Assembly (NCBI GenBank): GCA_964508355.1
Contig: CAZDTN010000001.1
Span: forward strand, 1 to 51,813
DNA from: an uncultured Sphingobacterium sp.
Lineage (GTDB): Bacteria; Bacteroidota; Bacteroidia; Chitinophagales; Chitinophagaceae
Direction of reading: 5' to 3'
Length of the DNA: 51,813 nucleotides
Shown: piece by piece, positions 1-9,697 of the stretch
How the letters are laid out: each line of letters begins with the position of its first letter
Position numbering within the stretch: the stretch's first letter is position 1
Program-made: the position numbers and the translations under genes
The notes under the pieces: generated by a model
What the model saw: only the letters and a program-made list of their open reading frames with translations
Told to the model about the DNA's origin: nothing
Database searches by the model: none

Positions 1-971
1 TGAAAAAGATCAAATATTATTACAATACCCAAACACTCCGCTACGAAAAGCAGGTTGTTCCCCTTAGGGTCACCCTATTAAGGATCTTTGCCTTCATTTC
101 AACGGCTTTTGTAACTGGTTTGATTATCGTAGCTATCGCATTTAGGTTCCTGGATTCGCCCAAAGAAAAACTCCTCAAAGTACAGTTAGAAAAAGCTGAA
201 GAAACCAATAAGCTCTACGCCCAAAGAGTAGGCGAATTAGATGAAAAACTAAAAGAACTGGAAAAAAGGGATAATGAGATTTACCGATCAGTTTTTGAAG
301 CCAAACCTATACCCGATAGTGCCAGGGCGAAACAAATGGAAACCAAAAAAGAATTACAGACTGTAGCGAGAATGGATAACAGTGAAATGACTGACAGTAT
401 ATACAAGGTTTTAAACACACTGTCAAACAGAGTACGGGTGCAAGAAAAATCCTACAAAGACATTGAAGGAATGCTTAAAAACAAGGAGAAGTTGCTTGCC
501 AGTACACCCGCTATTCAGCCCCTTAGCAACAGAGATTTAAACCGACTTTCTTCTGGATTCGGCTATAGAATTGATCCACTGTACAAGACAGTAAAGTTCC
601 ATCCAGGACTCGACTTTAGTGCGCCACAAGGCACCCCAGTTTATGCAACTGCTGAAGGAACGGTGAAAATTGCTGGAAATTCAGGAAATGCCTACGGAAA
701 CCATATTGTCATCAGCCATGGCTATTCTTATAATACATTGTATGGCCACCTTTACAGAATAAAAGCAAAAAAGGGACAAAGAGTAAAACGAGGTGAAATC
801 ATTGGTTATGTAGGAAATACAGGAAAATCGACTGGGCCACATTTGCACTATGAAGTACTAAAAGGTAATAAACGTCTTGATCCCATTTACTTTTTCTATA
901 ACGACCTCACCCCAGAACAATACCAAAGAATCTTGAAACTGGCAGCATCGAGAAACCAGACATTCGATTAA
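1..971 (+). CDS. M23 family metallo-endopeptidase (MepM/NlpD-like), 5' end cut by window edge
   Basis: Frame is open from base 1 ((A)TG AAA AAG ATC AAA TAT..., MKKIKYYYN...), so the start is probably 1 nt before the window. N-terminal TM, coiled coil, M23 Zn motifs HPGLD and HLHYEV. Confidence 0.9.
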   Translation, partial: KKIKYYYNTQTLRYEKQVVPLRVTLLRIFAFISTAFVTGLIIVAIAFRFLDSPKEKLLKVQLEKAEETNKLYAQRVGELDEKLKELEKRDNEIYRSVFEAKPIPDSARAKQMETKKELQTVARMDNSEMTDSIYKVLNTLSNRVRVQEKSYKDIEGMLKNKEKLLASTPAIQPLSNRDLNRLSSGFGYRIDPLYKTVKFHPGLDFSAPQGTPVYATAEGTVKIAGNSGNAYGNHIVISHGYSYNTLYGHLYRIKAKKGQRVKRGEIIGYVGNTGKSTGPHLHYEVLKGNKRLDPIYFFYNDLTPEQYQRILKLAASRNQTFD

Positions 972-987
972 ATCAATGTGCATAACT

Positions 988-1004
988 TAACCCAATTAGG
1001 GTTA
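988..1004. promoter_or_regulatory. Inverted repeat TAACCC-N5-GGGTTA (possible operator or weak terminator)
   Basis: Perfect 6-bp dyad just upstream of the -7 element of the MerR-like gene. Confidence 0.4.
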
Positions 1005-1015
1005 TTTATTCTGCA

Positions 1016-1023
1016 TAAATTTG
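1016..1023 (+). promoter_or_regulatory. Bacteroidota -7 promoter element TAAATTTG
   Basis: Exact TAnnTTTG match, 5 nt before ATG 1029. Confidence 0.7.
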
Positions 1024-1028
1024 AACTG

Positions 1029-1517
1029 ATGTACAATCAGCTCGATATATTTGGTGGTGAAAGTTTTGAACAACCCGTAAAAAAAACGGAGCCAAAACCC
1101 GAACGTAAAACTCCCCGCAATCCAACCCCACCACCTGTGGTAGAAGAAAAAGAAACTTCCACCGTGGTGAATTTGAATATTCCCGTAGACACAGAACTGG
1201 ATAGCAAACAATATTATCCAATAAGTGAAGTGGCCAATATGTTCAATGTAAACATTTCTCTGCTTCGTTTCTGGGAAAAAGAATTCTCCATTTTAAAGCC
1301 CCGAAAAAATAAAAAAGGGGATCGACTGTTCAGACCAGAAGATATCAGGAATTTAAAACTGATTTATTTTCTCCTTAAAGAGAAAAAATACACAATTAAA
1401 GGGGCAAAAGAATATTTGAAAAAAGGGAAGAAGGCGGATGATAAATTTGATACCGTTGAAGTGCTCAAAAACATCAAAGCGATGTTGCTTGAATTAAAAG
1501 CAGGTCTTGTAAACTAA
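1029..1517 (+). CDS. MerR-family HTH protein with N-terminal extension
   Basis: YYPISEVANMFNVNISLLRFWEKEF..PRKNKKGDRLF MerR HTH. Start moved from 978 to ATG 1029 because the -7 element lies at 1016-1023. Confidence 0.85.
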   Translation: MYNQLDIFGGESFEQPVKKTEPKPERKTPRNPTPPPVVEEKETSTVVNLNIPVDTELDSKQYYPISEVANMFNVNISLLRFWEKEFSILKPRKNKKGDRLFRPEDIRNLKLIYFLLKEKKYTIKGAKEYLKKGKKADDKFDTVEVLKNIKAMLLELKAGLVN

Positions 1518-1527
1518 CGCCTCACTT

Positions 1528-2337
1528 TTAACGCCAACTGTATTTTAATATACTTCCATCTTTTAAAAGATAACATCCAGTTGCTGTGAAATGCAACTGC
1601 ACATGCTCCCTTAATTCAGCAGGAAGTAAAAATGATTTAGTATCAATATTACCAGGTGTATAGGTAATCAACATTTCTTTTTTTAGTCCAACAAGCTGCT
1701 TACCAACCGAATGGACCTCTTTCCAGTCCAGAAAAGCTATTCTATTTTTTAAAGCACCATAGTAGTCAAAAATAAAGAGACCATTTTTTTCATCATATAT
1801 ATAGACAAATCCACCTAAATCAAAAATTGATGATGGTACTATTGGTTCAGAAAAAATAAGTCTTAAATCAGCTGTAGCAAAAACCAGTTTCCCTTCTTCA
1901 TTAATTTTCTTGAGTTTACTGTCTTGCTCATCATAAACCCAGAACAGGTTATCATAACTCTGTGCGACAGCCTTAACTTGAAAAATACCTGCTTTACGCA
2001 AATCTATTTTATTTACAACCTGCATCAGCCTATCCAATACTAATATTGTTTTGTAGTCTTTGAAGTACAATACAGTCCTTAACGGATTATCTGCTGAAAT
2101 TGAATAGAGTTTACCATAGCGACGAATTTCATTGAAAACGCCCATGGAATCAAGATTGGTGTTGTATTTTTTGAGCTGACCATTTTTTGTCAGTGCAAAT
2201 AAATTTCCCAATTCATCGGGCATGAAATAAGCAAAATCACCTTTTATCTCCTTGGTCAATGTTAATCCAGTGAGTTCTTGTGCAAACAATTGTGCACCCA
2301 AAAAGGAAAAAAATAAATATAAAAAAACAACTCTCAT
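1528..2337 (-). CDS. Secreted hypothetical protein, probably beta-propeller-like
   Basis: 269-aa ORF, signal peptide (..AQLFAQ), repeated short beta-strand patterns, starts 1 nt after the lpxH-like stop. Confidence 0.65.
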   Translation of the reverse strand: MRVVFLYLFFSFLGAQLFAQELTGLTLTKEIKGDFAYFMPDELGNLFALTKNGQLKKYNTNLDSMGVFNEIRRYGKLYSISADNPLRTVLYFKDYKTILVLDRLMQVVNKIDLRKAGIFQVKAVAQSYDNLFWVYDEQDSKLKKINEEGKLVFATADLRLIFSEPIVPSSIFDLGGFVYIYDEKNGLFIFDYYGALKNRIAFLDWKEVHSVGKQLVGLKKEMLITYTPGNIDTKSFLLPAELREHVQLHFTATGCYLLKDGSILKYSWR

Positions 2338-2338
2338 C

Positions 2339-3094
2339 CTATTGATAATACTTTAGATGTAAAGTATCTCCATCGAATTCTGCGTAGGAGTTGTATTTGA
2401 TCCAGTCGCCCAAATTGACATAACGACTCGACTTATTCAGTTGAAAATCAATTGGCAAATGCCTATGGCCAAAAATAAAATAATCAAAATGCTCCTCTTT
2501 TAATTTTTGTTTTGCATAAATAACTAACCACTCATTGTCTTCTCCTAAGAATTTTTCATCAGCATTGCCTGTCATGATTCGACTGCGTTTACTGAAAAAA
2601 TTAGCTAGTGAAATACCAAAAAAGGGAGGCAGTAACCCAAAAAGAAAACGACAGATTGGGTTTCTGAAAATCTTTTTCATGAATTTATAGCCATGGTCTC
2701 CCGGACCTAACCCATCACCGTGTCCAACAAAAAATTGCTTCCCATTAAAAGTATAGGTTTGGCTCTGATAAAAAACGGGGATATTCAATTCTTTTTCAAA
2801 GTAACCAGACATCCACATGTCGTGGTTACCAACAAAGAAGTGTACTGGTATTTGGTTATCGGTCAACTCTGCTAACTTACCCAATATTCTTACATATCCT
2901 TTCGGAACAACAGTTCTGTATTCAAACCAAAAATCAAATAAATCGCCTACCACAAAAATCATAGCGGCATCTTTTTTGGCCTGATCCAAAAAAGCAACAA
3001 TTCTTTTTTCCCTCTCCACGCTTGATACATGATCAGGCACACCAAGATGGAAGTCTGATAAAAAATAAATCTTTTTGCCTGCGGGAATTTGCAT
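2339..3094 (-). CDS. lpxH: UDP-2,3-diacylglucosamine diphosphatase (LpxH-like metallophosphoesterase)
   Basis: Calcineurin-like motifs SDFHLG, GDLFDFW, GNHD, HGD, GHRH, NLGDW. ATG 3094 preferred over TTG 3100, which lies inside the -7 element. Confidence 0.85.
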   Translation of the reverse strand: MQIPAGKKIYFLSDFHLGVPDHVSSVEREKRIVAFLDQAKKDAAMIFVVGDLFDFWFEYRTVVPKGYVRILGKLAELTDNQIPVHFFVGNHDMWMSGYFEKELNIPVFYQSQTYTFNGKQFFVGHGDGLGPGDHGYKFMKKIFRNPICRFLFGLLPPFFGISLANFFSKRSRIMTGNADEKFLGEDNEWLVIYAKQKLKEEHFDYFIFGHRHLPIDFQLNKSSRYVNLGDWIKYNSYAEFDGDTLHLKYYQ

Positions 3095-3097
3095 GAT

Positions 3098-3105
3098 CAA
3101 ATATA
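3098..3105 (-). promoter_or_regulatory. -7 element TATATTTG
   Basis: Exact TAnnTTTG, 3 nt before ATG 3094. Confidence 0.7.
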
Positions 3106-3127
3106 ATCAGTAATAGCGTTGAGGCCT

Positions 3128-3763
3128 TTATTTATCCAATAGAAAACAATACACTTCTTTGGGACCATGAACACCAACAACCAACGTTTTCTCAATATCA
3201 GCGGTTCTGCTTGGTCCGGTTGCAAAACTAATCATTGAAGGCAACTGATCACCATACTTACCCTGCAACATAACCAGTGCATCTTTAACATCATACACTA
3301 GTTGACTAGCTTTAGCTATACAAATATGTATAGGCGCATACACACTAGTCGTTCTTCCCGATGACACAGCACTACTCAAAACTATTGATCCAGTCCTTGC
3401 TACCAATGCTTCACAAATAGTTATTGAAACATCGGCATCTTTTAAGGGCTTATCCGTGAAAGGTTTGAATCCAAACGAATTTAAAGCCGATTTAATATTT
3501 TCATCCGAGCAATAAACGTCATCCCATTTTCTGTCATCCGCCAATGCAATTAATTGCTGTACCAAATCTGCTTCTGATTCACAAAATGAAAACTTACCCA
3601 AAAGAGATGAGAATTTTTCAGCGAATAAAACAGCCAAATCTTCTTTTGATCCATCAAATGAAAAATCGGTTTTCTCCAAGGCTGGATAAGGAATATCAGT
3701 TGAATGAACCAAGGCCTTCCTGATATTTTTCAAAATGGCTTCCTTACCTGAAGATGCTTCCAT
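3128..3763 (-). CDS. LUD domain protein (LutC/YkgG family)
   Basis: C-terminal GPSRTADIEKTLVVGVHGP signature. Confidence 0.9.
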   Translation of the reverse strand: MEASSGKEAILKNIRKALVHSTDIPYPALEKTDFSFDGSKEDLAVLFAEKFSSLLGKFSFCESEADLVQQLIALADDRKWDDVYCSDENIKSALNSFGFKPFTDKPLKDADVSITICEALVARTGSIVLSSAVSSGRTTSVYAPIHICIAKASQLVYDVKDALVMLQGKYGDQLPSMISFATGPSRTADIEKTLVVGVHGPKEVYCFLLDK

Positions 3764-3776
3764 GATTTAGCAAAAA

Positions 3777-5858
3777 TTAATTTTCTTCAGCTTGGGTTGT
3801 GTCATTCTCGATAGAGGGTGTCTCTACAACATCAGTGATTACTTCAACAGGGGTATCACTAAAAATCTTTTTTTCGCCGTATGGCCGCTTCCCAATCAAA
3901 TCTTCAACATCTTGCTGATGAAGAACTTCTCGATCCAAAAGAGCCAAAGCAATTTTTTCAACCTCTGCTTTTTTGTCTGCAAGTAATTGAAGAGTGCGTT
4001 TATAGGCCTGATCTACAAGGCTTCTAACCTCATCATCAATCAATTTTCCTGTTTCTTCACTATAAGGTTTTGTAAATTGACTTTCTTGTTGAGGATCATA
4101 GAAGCTTACATTACCTACTTTTTCACTCATACCATAAACCGTCACCATGGCATAAGACATCTTGGTAACTTGCTGTAAATCATTTTGAGCACCAGTAGAA
4201 ATTTTACCAAAGAAAATTTCCTCACTCGCTCTGCCACCCAATGTCATACACATTTGGTCTTGTAGCTGCTCAGTATTGTACAAATATTGTTCTTTCGGAG
4301 TATACTGTGCATAACCAAGTGCAGCAACACCTCTTGGTACAATTGTCACTTTCAACAAAGGATAGGCATGTTCAAGATACCATCCACAAACAGCGTGACC
4401 AGCTTCGTGGTATGCAATGATTTTTTTCTCTTCAGGAAGAATAATCTTGTTCTTTTTTTCTAACCCACCAATAACCCTATCAATAGCATCTTGGAAATCA
4501 TCCATATCTACTTCAGACTTTCCTTTTCTGGCGGCTATCAATGCTGCTTCATTACAAACATTCGCAATATCAGCTCCTGCAAAGCCAGGTGTTTGTTCTG
4601 CCAATTTATGAATATCAAGTTTTTCAGATCTTTTTATGGGTTTCAGGTGAACCAAGAAGATGGTTTCTCTTCCTTTTACATCTGGTTTATCAATGCTGAT
4701 TTGTCGATCGAATCTACCCGGCCTTAACAAAGCACTGTCCAATACATCAGGGCGATTAGTAGCGGCCAAAATAATTATACCACTGTCGCCGCCAAAACCA
4801 TCCATTTCTACCAGCAACTGATTCAAAGTATTTTCACGCTCATCATTACTCATCATCACATTCTTACCACGTGCCCTTCCTATAGCATCAATTTCATCTA
4901 TGAAAATAATACATGGTGCTTTCTCCCTTGCTTGTTTGAATAAATCACGCACACGACTGGCGCCTACCCCAACGAACATTTCTACGAAATCTGAACCAGA
5001 CATAGAGAAGAATGGCACTTGCGCTTCACCTGCCATGGCTTTGGCCAACAAAGTTTTACCAGTACCAGGAGGTCCAACCAAGAGTGCTCCTTTTGGTATT
5101 TTTCCACCCAATGCTGTGTATTTTTTGGGATTCTTTAGGAAATCAACAATCTCCATTACCTCTTGCTTGGCTTCATCCAAGCCAGCAACATCAGTGAAAG
5201 TGATATTCACTTTAGTTCCTTTATCAAATAACTGTGCTTTTGACTTGCCAATGTTGAAGATACCACCTCCACCAGCTCCACCTGCACCTCCACCCATCTT
5301 CCTCATCATCAATACAAACAACAAACCAAACATCAACAAGGGGAAAAGAAAATTAACCAAGGGACCAAAAAATTCTGGATCGCTGACAGGATCAACCTTT
5401 ACCGGAGTAACATTTGGATGATCGCTGAAATATTTATCGATATTTTCTTGGTAGTCGTCTACTTTGGAGTAACTGAACTGAAAGTGTGGGCCTTTTGAAG
5501 TTTTAACATGTGCCAGCTTTTTTGCACCAATCAAGGTGTCATAAAGTGGACTACTCAAACTATCTTGTTTGATGTACACACGAACAACACCTTTATTTTT
5601 TACCGGTTCTAGTTTTTCAACATGGTTTCTTTCTAATAATTTTTGTCTGAATTCTAACTCTGTAATGGTACTTGCATCTGGACTCACACCACGCATTACC
5701 TGATAGCCAATAAGCATGACAGCTGCTATTACATAAATCCAGTAAAAACTGAATTTTGGGCCTTTGGAAGCTGGACCATTCCCGCCACTTTCCTTATTTC
5801 TTTTAAAAGGGGAAAACGGATTTTGGCGTTTATCGTTATTATGCTCTTCTTGATTCAT
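3777..5858 (-). CDS. ftsH: ATP-dependent zinc metalloprotease FtsH
   Basis: Two TMs, Walker A GPPGTGKT, Walker [33 protein letters not shown]. Confidence 0.98.
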   Translation of the reverse strand: MNQEEHNNDKRQNPFSPFKRNKESGGNGPASKGPKFSFYWIYVIAAVMLIGYQVMRGVSPDASTITELEFRQKLLERNHVEKLEPVKNKGVVRVYIKQDSLSSPLYDTLIGAKKLAHVKTSKGPHFQFSYSKVDDYQENIDKYFSDHPNVTPVKVDPVSDPEFFGPLVNFLFPLLMFGLLFVLMMRKMGGGAGGAGGGGIFNIGKSKAQLFDKGTKVNITFTDVAGLDEAKQEVMEIVDFLKNPKKYTALGGKIPKGALLVGPPGTGKTLLAKAMAGEAQVPFFSMSGSDFVEMFVGVGASRVRDLFKQAREKAPCIIFIDEIDAIGRARGKNVMMSNDERENTLNQLLVEMDGFGGDSGIIILAATNRPDVLDSALLRPGRFDRQISIDKPDVKGRETIFLVHLKPIKRSEKLDIHKLAEQTPGFAGADIANVCNEAALIAARKGKSEVDMDDFQDAIDRVIGGLEKKNKIILPEEKKIIAYHEAGHAVCGWYLEHAYPLLKVTIVPRGVAALGYAQYTPKEQYLYNTEQLQDQMCMTLGGRASEEIFFGKISTGAQNDLQQVTKMSYAMVTVYGMSEKVGNVSFYDPQQESQFTKPYSEETGKLIDDEVRSLVDQAYKRTLQLLADKKAEVEKIALALLDREVLHQQDVEDLIGKRPYGEKKIFSDTPVEVITDVVETPSIENDTTQAEEN

Positions 5859-5870
5859 ATCAATTCGTTG

Positions 5871-6332
5871 TTACTTTTGAGATTTTTTTGATTTCTTGGC
5901 TGGGGCTTTTTTTACTGGAACTGCCGATGCTTCCATTTCTTCAAGTTCAGCAACTCCATCACTCCACATTTCTTCCAACCTATAGAATTTTCTGGTTTCG
6001 CTTTGGAATACATGAACAACCACGTTTACATAATCAATCAACACCCATTGACTCGCACCATGACCTTCGTGTTTATAAGGCGGCTCTCCACATTGCTTTT
6101 TAACTGATTCTTCTACCCATTCTGCGATAGCTCGCACTTGGACAGTTGAGCTTGCTTCACAAATGATGAAGAAATCTGCAACTGCTTCTGGAATTTTTCG
6201 GAGATCAAGAGAAACAATATGCTCTCCCTTTTTATCCTGAATGGCTTCTACAATTACTTTCAGGATTTTACTGCTCCTTGTCAACCTGCTAACTTTTTTA
6301 ACGGGTACTGCTTCTTCGGCTCTTATTGTCAA
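5871..6332 (-). CDS. rsfS: Ribosome silencing factor RsfS (Iojap)
   Basis: DKKGE..LDL, WVLIDYVNVVVHVF..RKFYRLEEMW. Exact start uncertain (TTG). Confidence 0.92.
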   Translation of the reverse strand: MTIRAEEAVPVKKVSRLTRSSKILKVIVEAIQDKKGEHIVSLDLRKIPEAVADFFIICEASSTVQVRAIAEWVEESVKKQCGEPPYKHEGHGASQWVLIDYVNVVVHVFQSETRKFYRLEEMWSDGVAELEEMEASAVPVKKAPAKKSKKSQK

Positions 6333-6368
6333 ATGCTATTTTTTTAATTGTTCCTTGAGTATCTTGCC

Positions 6369-6376
6369 CAAAAATA
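6369..6376 (-). promoter_or_regulatory. -7 element TATTTTTG for rsfS-ftsH operon
   Basis: Exact TAnnTTTG in the rsfS/birA divergent gap. Confidence 0.55.
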
Positions 6377-6408
6377 AGGATAAATTCAGTCCGTTTTGGG
6401 CATACAAC

Positions 6409-7146
6409 ATGATCGGCGCACCTTTTATCATATTGCCAACAATTGATAGTACCAATAACTATGCCAAAGCATTAATAAGAGATGGCCTGGCCGCGGATGG
6501 AATGGTGATTTTTGCGGAGGAACAGACTCAGGGAAGAGGGCAAAAAAACCACAATTGGGAAAGTTTAAAAGGAGAAAACATTATGATGAGTGGCATCCTT
6601 GCAACATCCTGGCTTAATCTCGATAACCAATTTCAGCTTTCGTGTGCAACAGCATTAGCCTGTTGCGACTTTTTCACAGAATTAGCAGGTGACGAAACGT
6701 GTATAAAGTGGCCAAATGACCTTTATTGGCGTGACAGAAAGGCAGGGGGGATTTTGATTGAAAATATAGTAAAAGGCAATATTTGGGAAAATGCTGTTAT
6801 TGGAATTGGAATTAATATTAATCAGGTAAATTTTACCAATATGAAAACCCGACCAGTTTCTTTAAAACAAATAACAGGACAATCATTTGACCCTAGAACA
6901 TTGGCAAAAGGATTGTGCCAGAAACTTACGCTCCGTTATGAGGAACTGAAACAAAAGGGATTTAAAAATCAGCTTGAACTTTTTAACCAAAAACTATTTC
7001 GGTTGAATCAAACTGTAACCTTTAAAAAAGAGAATGAGCTCTTCAGTTCCACCATTGTTGGTGTTAATGTGCTTGGTCAATTAATGGTGCTCAAAGACCA
7101 GGAATTACTATTTCTAAATCACGGAGAAGTAGAATGGATCCTATAA
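6409..7146 (+). CDS. birA: Biotin--protein ligase (class I, no HTH)
   Basis: IDSTNNYA, QTQGRGQ..W, KWPNDL, KAGGILIE, GIGININQ. Start moved to ATG 6409 to avoid overlap with rsfS. Confidence 0.92.
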   Translation: MIGAPFIILPTIDSTNNYAKALIRDGLAADGMVIFAEEQTQGRGQKNHNWESLKGENIMMSGILATSWLNLDNQFQLSCATALACCDFFTELAGDETCIKWPNDLYWRDRKAGGILIENIVKGNIWENAVIGIGININQVNFTNMKTRPVSLKQITGQSFDPRTLAKGLCQKLTLRYEELKQKGFKNQLELFNQKLFRLNQTVTFKKENELFSSTIVGVNVLGQLMVLKDQELLFLNHGEVEWIL

Positions 7147-7602
7147 ACCAAAACCTGCAGCAATTTCTGCAGCATGTTCTTTCACTTTTGGTTTTGCAAT
7201 TACTTTAACCACTTTACTATTTTCATCAATAAGAAAAGTCGTTCTGAAGACACCCATGTACTTATTGCCATAAAGTTGCTTTTCACCCCAAACTCCATAT
7301 TTTTCTACTAATTTCATATCAGTGTCAGCAATAATCCGAAAAGGAAGTTTATGCTTGGCAATGAATTTAAGATGTGATTTTTCATCATCCGGACTCACTC
7401 CAATAACCACTATTCCCTTTTTCTCCAACATTTTGAAACCATCTCTCAAATTACAAGCCTGCACGGTGCATGTGCTGGTATCATCTTTAGGATAGAAATA
7501 AAGAGCTAGCTTCTTACCCTTAAAATCTGCGAGTTTAATTTTTTCACCATCCTGGTCCACAGCTGTGAATGATGGTGCTTTTTTTCCTTCTTGAATTGAC
7601 AT
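7141..7602 (-). CDS. bcp: Thioredoxin-dependent thiol peroxidase Bcp
   Basis: YFYPKDDTSTCTVQAC peroxiredoxin motif, RTTFLID. Confidence 0.93.
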   Translation of the reverse strand: MSIQEGKKAPSFTAVDQDGEKIKLADFKGKKLALYFYPKDDTSTCTVQACNLRDGFKMLEKKGIVVIGVSPDDEKSHLKFIAKHKLPFRIIADTDMKLVEKYGVWGEKQLYGNKYMGVFRTTFLIDENSKVVKVIAKPKVKEHAAEIAAGFGL

Positions 7603-7607
7603 AGTAG

Positions 7608-9296
7608 TTAGTTTCTGATTACCTGAAATTCTTTAGATACAGCATTACCTGCTTCGTCTATAACAAGAACAGTTAGTTTATGTTCACCTTTTGGAAAATG
7701 TTCATCAACAACATATGAATATCTAATACCAGACGGAACAAACAATAACCACTCGCCATCAACAGTAACCTTAAATTCTTTGATCACTTTTAGATCGTCA
7801 ATAACATCAAAATAAATCCTAGAGCCGGTCGTCAACCTCGCACCATTATGCAAGTGTGTCGAAATCTGGGGCGGTTGAATATCGTGCAACAATTGGAAAA
7901 ATCCAAAATCACGAAAAGAGGCACTGAACCCATCTTTTTCTTGTGTAGCCTTTTTAATATCAGTTTTTCCGCGATAACTTCTTTTTATCACCAATCGGTC
8001 TTTATTCAAAAGATCTATATCCTTGCTGGGCTTGATGCGTACCTTAAAATAGTTTTGAACCGGAATATGCTCCGGCAAGGTTTGATAAACTGAAGAAGCA
8101 TCATGTGCAGCTGCTGCATAAATAGACTGTAATTGAAAATGAAAATCATCATAAAAGGCATCTTCATTGAATACGAATTGAATATTTTCATCTTCATAAA
8201 CATTCATCTCTCCTGCTTTCATAAATTGTCCCGCTCTACTTTGTACTGGCGTGACTCCCGGCTTTCGTTTGATTGAAAATTGGATGCTCGACCTGTTTTC
8301 ATAAGCATCAAATACGTCAACTACACATTCTTGTTCAAAATCTGAAATGGTAAGATAATTCTCCCCCTTCAACTTATAAATTGGTAAATCCATTTTCTTA
8401 GCAGGAAATAACATCTGATAATAACCCCCGCCCCTCATTTTGTGCATGTAGTCAATGTGTCCATTCAAATACCTGGTTTGATCATAGCTAATATTATCCA
8501 AAGTAAAAGAAGATACCCATTGGTTATCAAGTTTTACATGAGCAGCAAAAATACCATTGGCGTTAGGTACCCCTGTCATGCGATCTGTTGCTTGAATGGC
8601 AATAAATACTCGATCATAAGGCAGCTCAACCTTTCCTGCAATATGGTATTCATTGCCTTTTTTGATTAATGGATACACTACCGGTGTTTGCTCATATACA
8701 CTTTTATCACGATCATAAAAGACTACCCGAAAAAGATCAGGTGGTGTAACATCTGGCAATAAAAACCTAAACCTTAATGGATTCAAACAATTTTCTGTCT
8801 TTGTGTCCCTGATTTCAAAATGCACATGAGGTCCTTGAGAAGCACCAGTATTTCCACTATATCCAATGAGTTGTCCCTTTTTAACAGTTATCAAGCCCGA
8901 TGGCACTTTGAGGTCAATTTTCCAAGACTTCTGCTCATATTGCTGCTCTTCCAAATATTTTTCAGCTACAGGAATAAATCGATTCATGTGCGCATATAGG
9001 GTCGTCGTGCCATTGGGATGATCCAAATAAATCGCCCTTCCAAATCCTCCCAATTCAATTTTCATCCTGGAAATAAATCCATCTGCAGGTGCATATACAG
9101 GGAGGTTTTCCCTCGACTCAGTTGATAAGTCCAGCCCCATGTGAAAATGATTGGGACGCATTTCTCCAAAATTTGCATTCAACTTGGGCTTAATGGATAG
9201 CGGATAGGCAAAATACTCAGGAACACCTTTAGGTTGAGCTTCTGCTCGACTGTACCAAATGATAAGGCAAACAAAAAAGATGAGTCTCCATTTCAT
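7608..9296 (-). CDS. Secreted M23 family peptidase with C-terminal beta domains
   Basis: Signal peptide, NFGEMRPNHFHMGLD, YAHM, GNTGASQGPHVHFEIR. Confidence 0.88.
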   Translation of the reverse strand: MKWRLIFFVCLIIWYSRAEAQPKGVPEYFAYPLSIKPKLNANFGEMRPNHFHMGLDLSTESRENLPVYAPADGFISRMKIELGGFGRAIYLDHPNGTTTLYAHMNRFIPVAEKYLEEQQYEQKSWKIDLKVPSGLITVKKGQLIGYSGNTGASQGPHVHFEIRDTKTENCLNPLRFRFLLPDVTPPDLFRVVFYDRDKSVYEQTPVVYPLIKKGNEYHIAGKVELPYDRVFIAIQATDRMTGVPNANGIFAAHVKLDNQWVSSFTLDNISYDQTRYLNGHIDYMHKMRGGGYYQMLFPAKKMDLPIYKLKGENYLTISDFEQECVVDVFDAYENRSSIQFSIKRKPGVTPVQSRAGQFMKAGEMNVYEDENIQFVFNEDAFYDDFHFQLQSIYAAAAHDASSVYQTLPEHIPVQNYFKVRIKPSKDIDLLNKDRLVIKRSYRGKTDIKKATQEKDGFSASFRDFGFFQLLHDIQPPQISTHLHNGARLTTGSRIYFDVIDDLKVIKEFKVTVDGEWLLFVPSGIRYSYVVDEHFPKGEHKLTVLVIDEAGNAVSKEFQVIRN

Positions 9297-9300
9297 GGCG

Positions 9301-9308
9301 CAAAACTA
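9301..9308 (-). promoter_or_regulatory. -7 element TAGTTTTG
   Basis: Exact TAnnTTTG, 4 nt (CGCC) before ATG 9296. Confidence 0.75.
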
Positions 9309-9440
9309 AGTCGAATCAAAATCTTACTCATCAAAGTAGAAAAAAGGATTTTAGCAGTTTTTACACACTTTATAAAAAATTTATTCGTTTCTGATACAAC
9401 ATATTTAGCCCAAAAGTTGTCTATATATTATTATACAGAT

Positions 9441-9617
9441 ATGAAAACACTTTTTACCAAATTCATTCTAATTTTCGCATCAGTTACCACTTTACTTGGA
9501 ATCTCCAAGCGAAAAGAGGAGCAAACTGCTGAAAATGATGCTATCAGGTTACCTGAATTCCAGCAACAAGACATTGTGGAGGATTATGAGATGGCTGCCT
9601 ACCATAATCAGGCTTGA
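9441..9617 (+). CDS. Small hypothetical protein (58 aa) with N-terminal hydrophobic segment
   Basis: MKTLFTKFILIFASVTTLLG then a basic/acidic tail. A-rich context before the ATG; fills an otherwise unexplained gap. Confidence 0.55.
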   Translation: MKTLFTKFILIFASVTTLLGISKRKEEQTAENDAIRLPEFQQQDIVEDYEMAAYHNQA

Positions 9618-9697
9618 TTTTCCCACCAACTATTAACAGATTAGCTTTTCTTGAAATAATCAATTGCTTTTCCTGGTGAAAAGTAGATTGCAAGCAT

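Noticed and set aside
5260-5300. CCACC/CCAGC repeats in ftsH
   Set aside because: Simply encode the usual Gly-rich linker GGGAGGAGGGG.
6241-6408. N-terminal extension of BirA as a possible HTH repressor domain
   Set aside because: Overlaps rsfS antisense and shows no HTH pattern.
9234-9440. 127-aa version of the small ORF
   Set aside because: Overlaps the start and promoter of the divergent M23 gene; ATG 9441 has better context.
9645-9670. ARG box or PyrR site upstream of carB
   Set aside because: TTGA-N5-TCAA does not fit the TGMAT-N4-ATKCA pattern, and no PyrR loop motif or room for an anti-antiterminator was seen.
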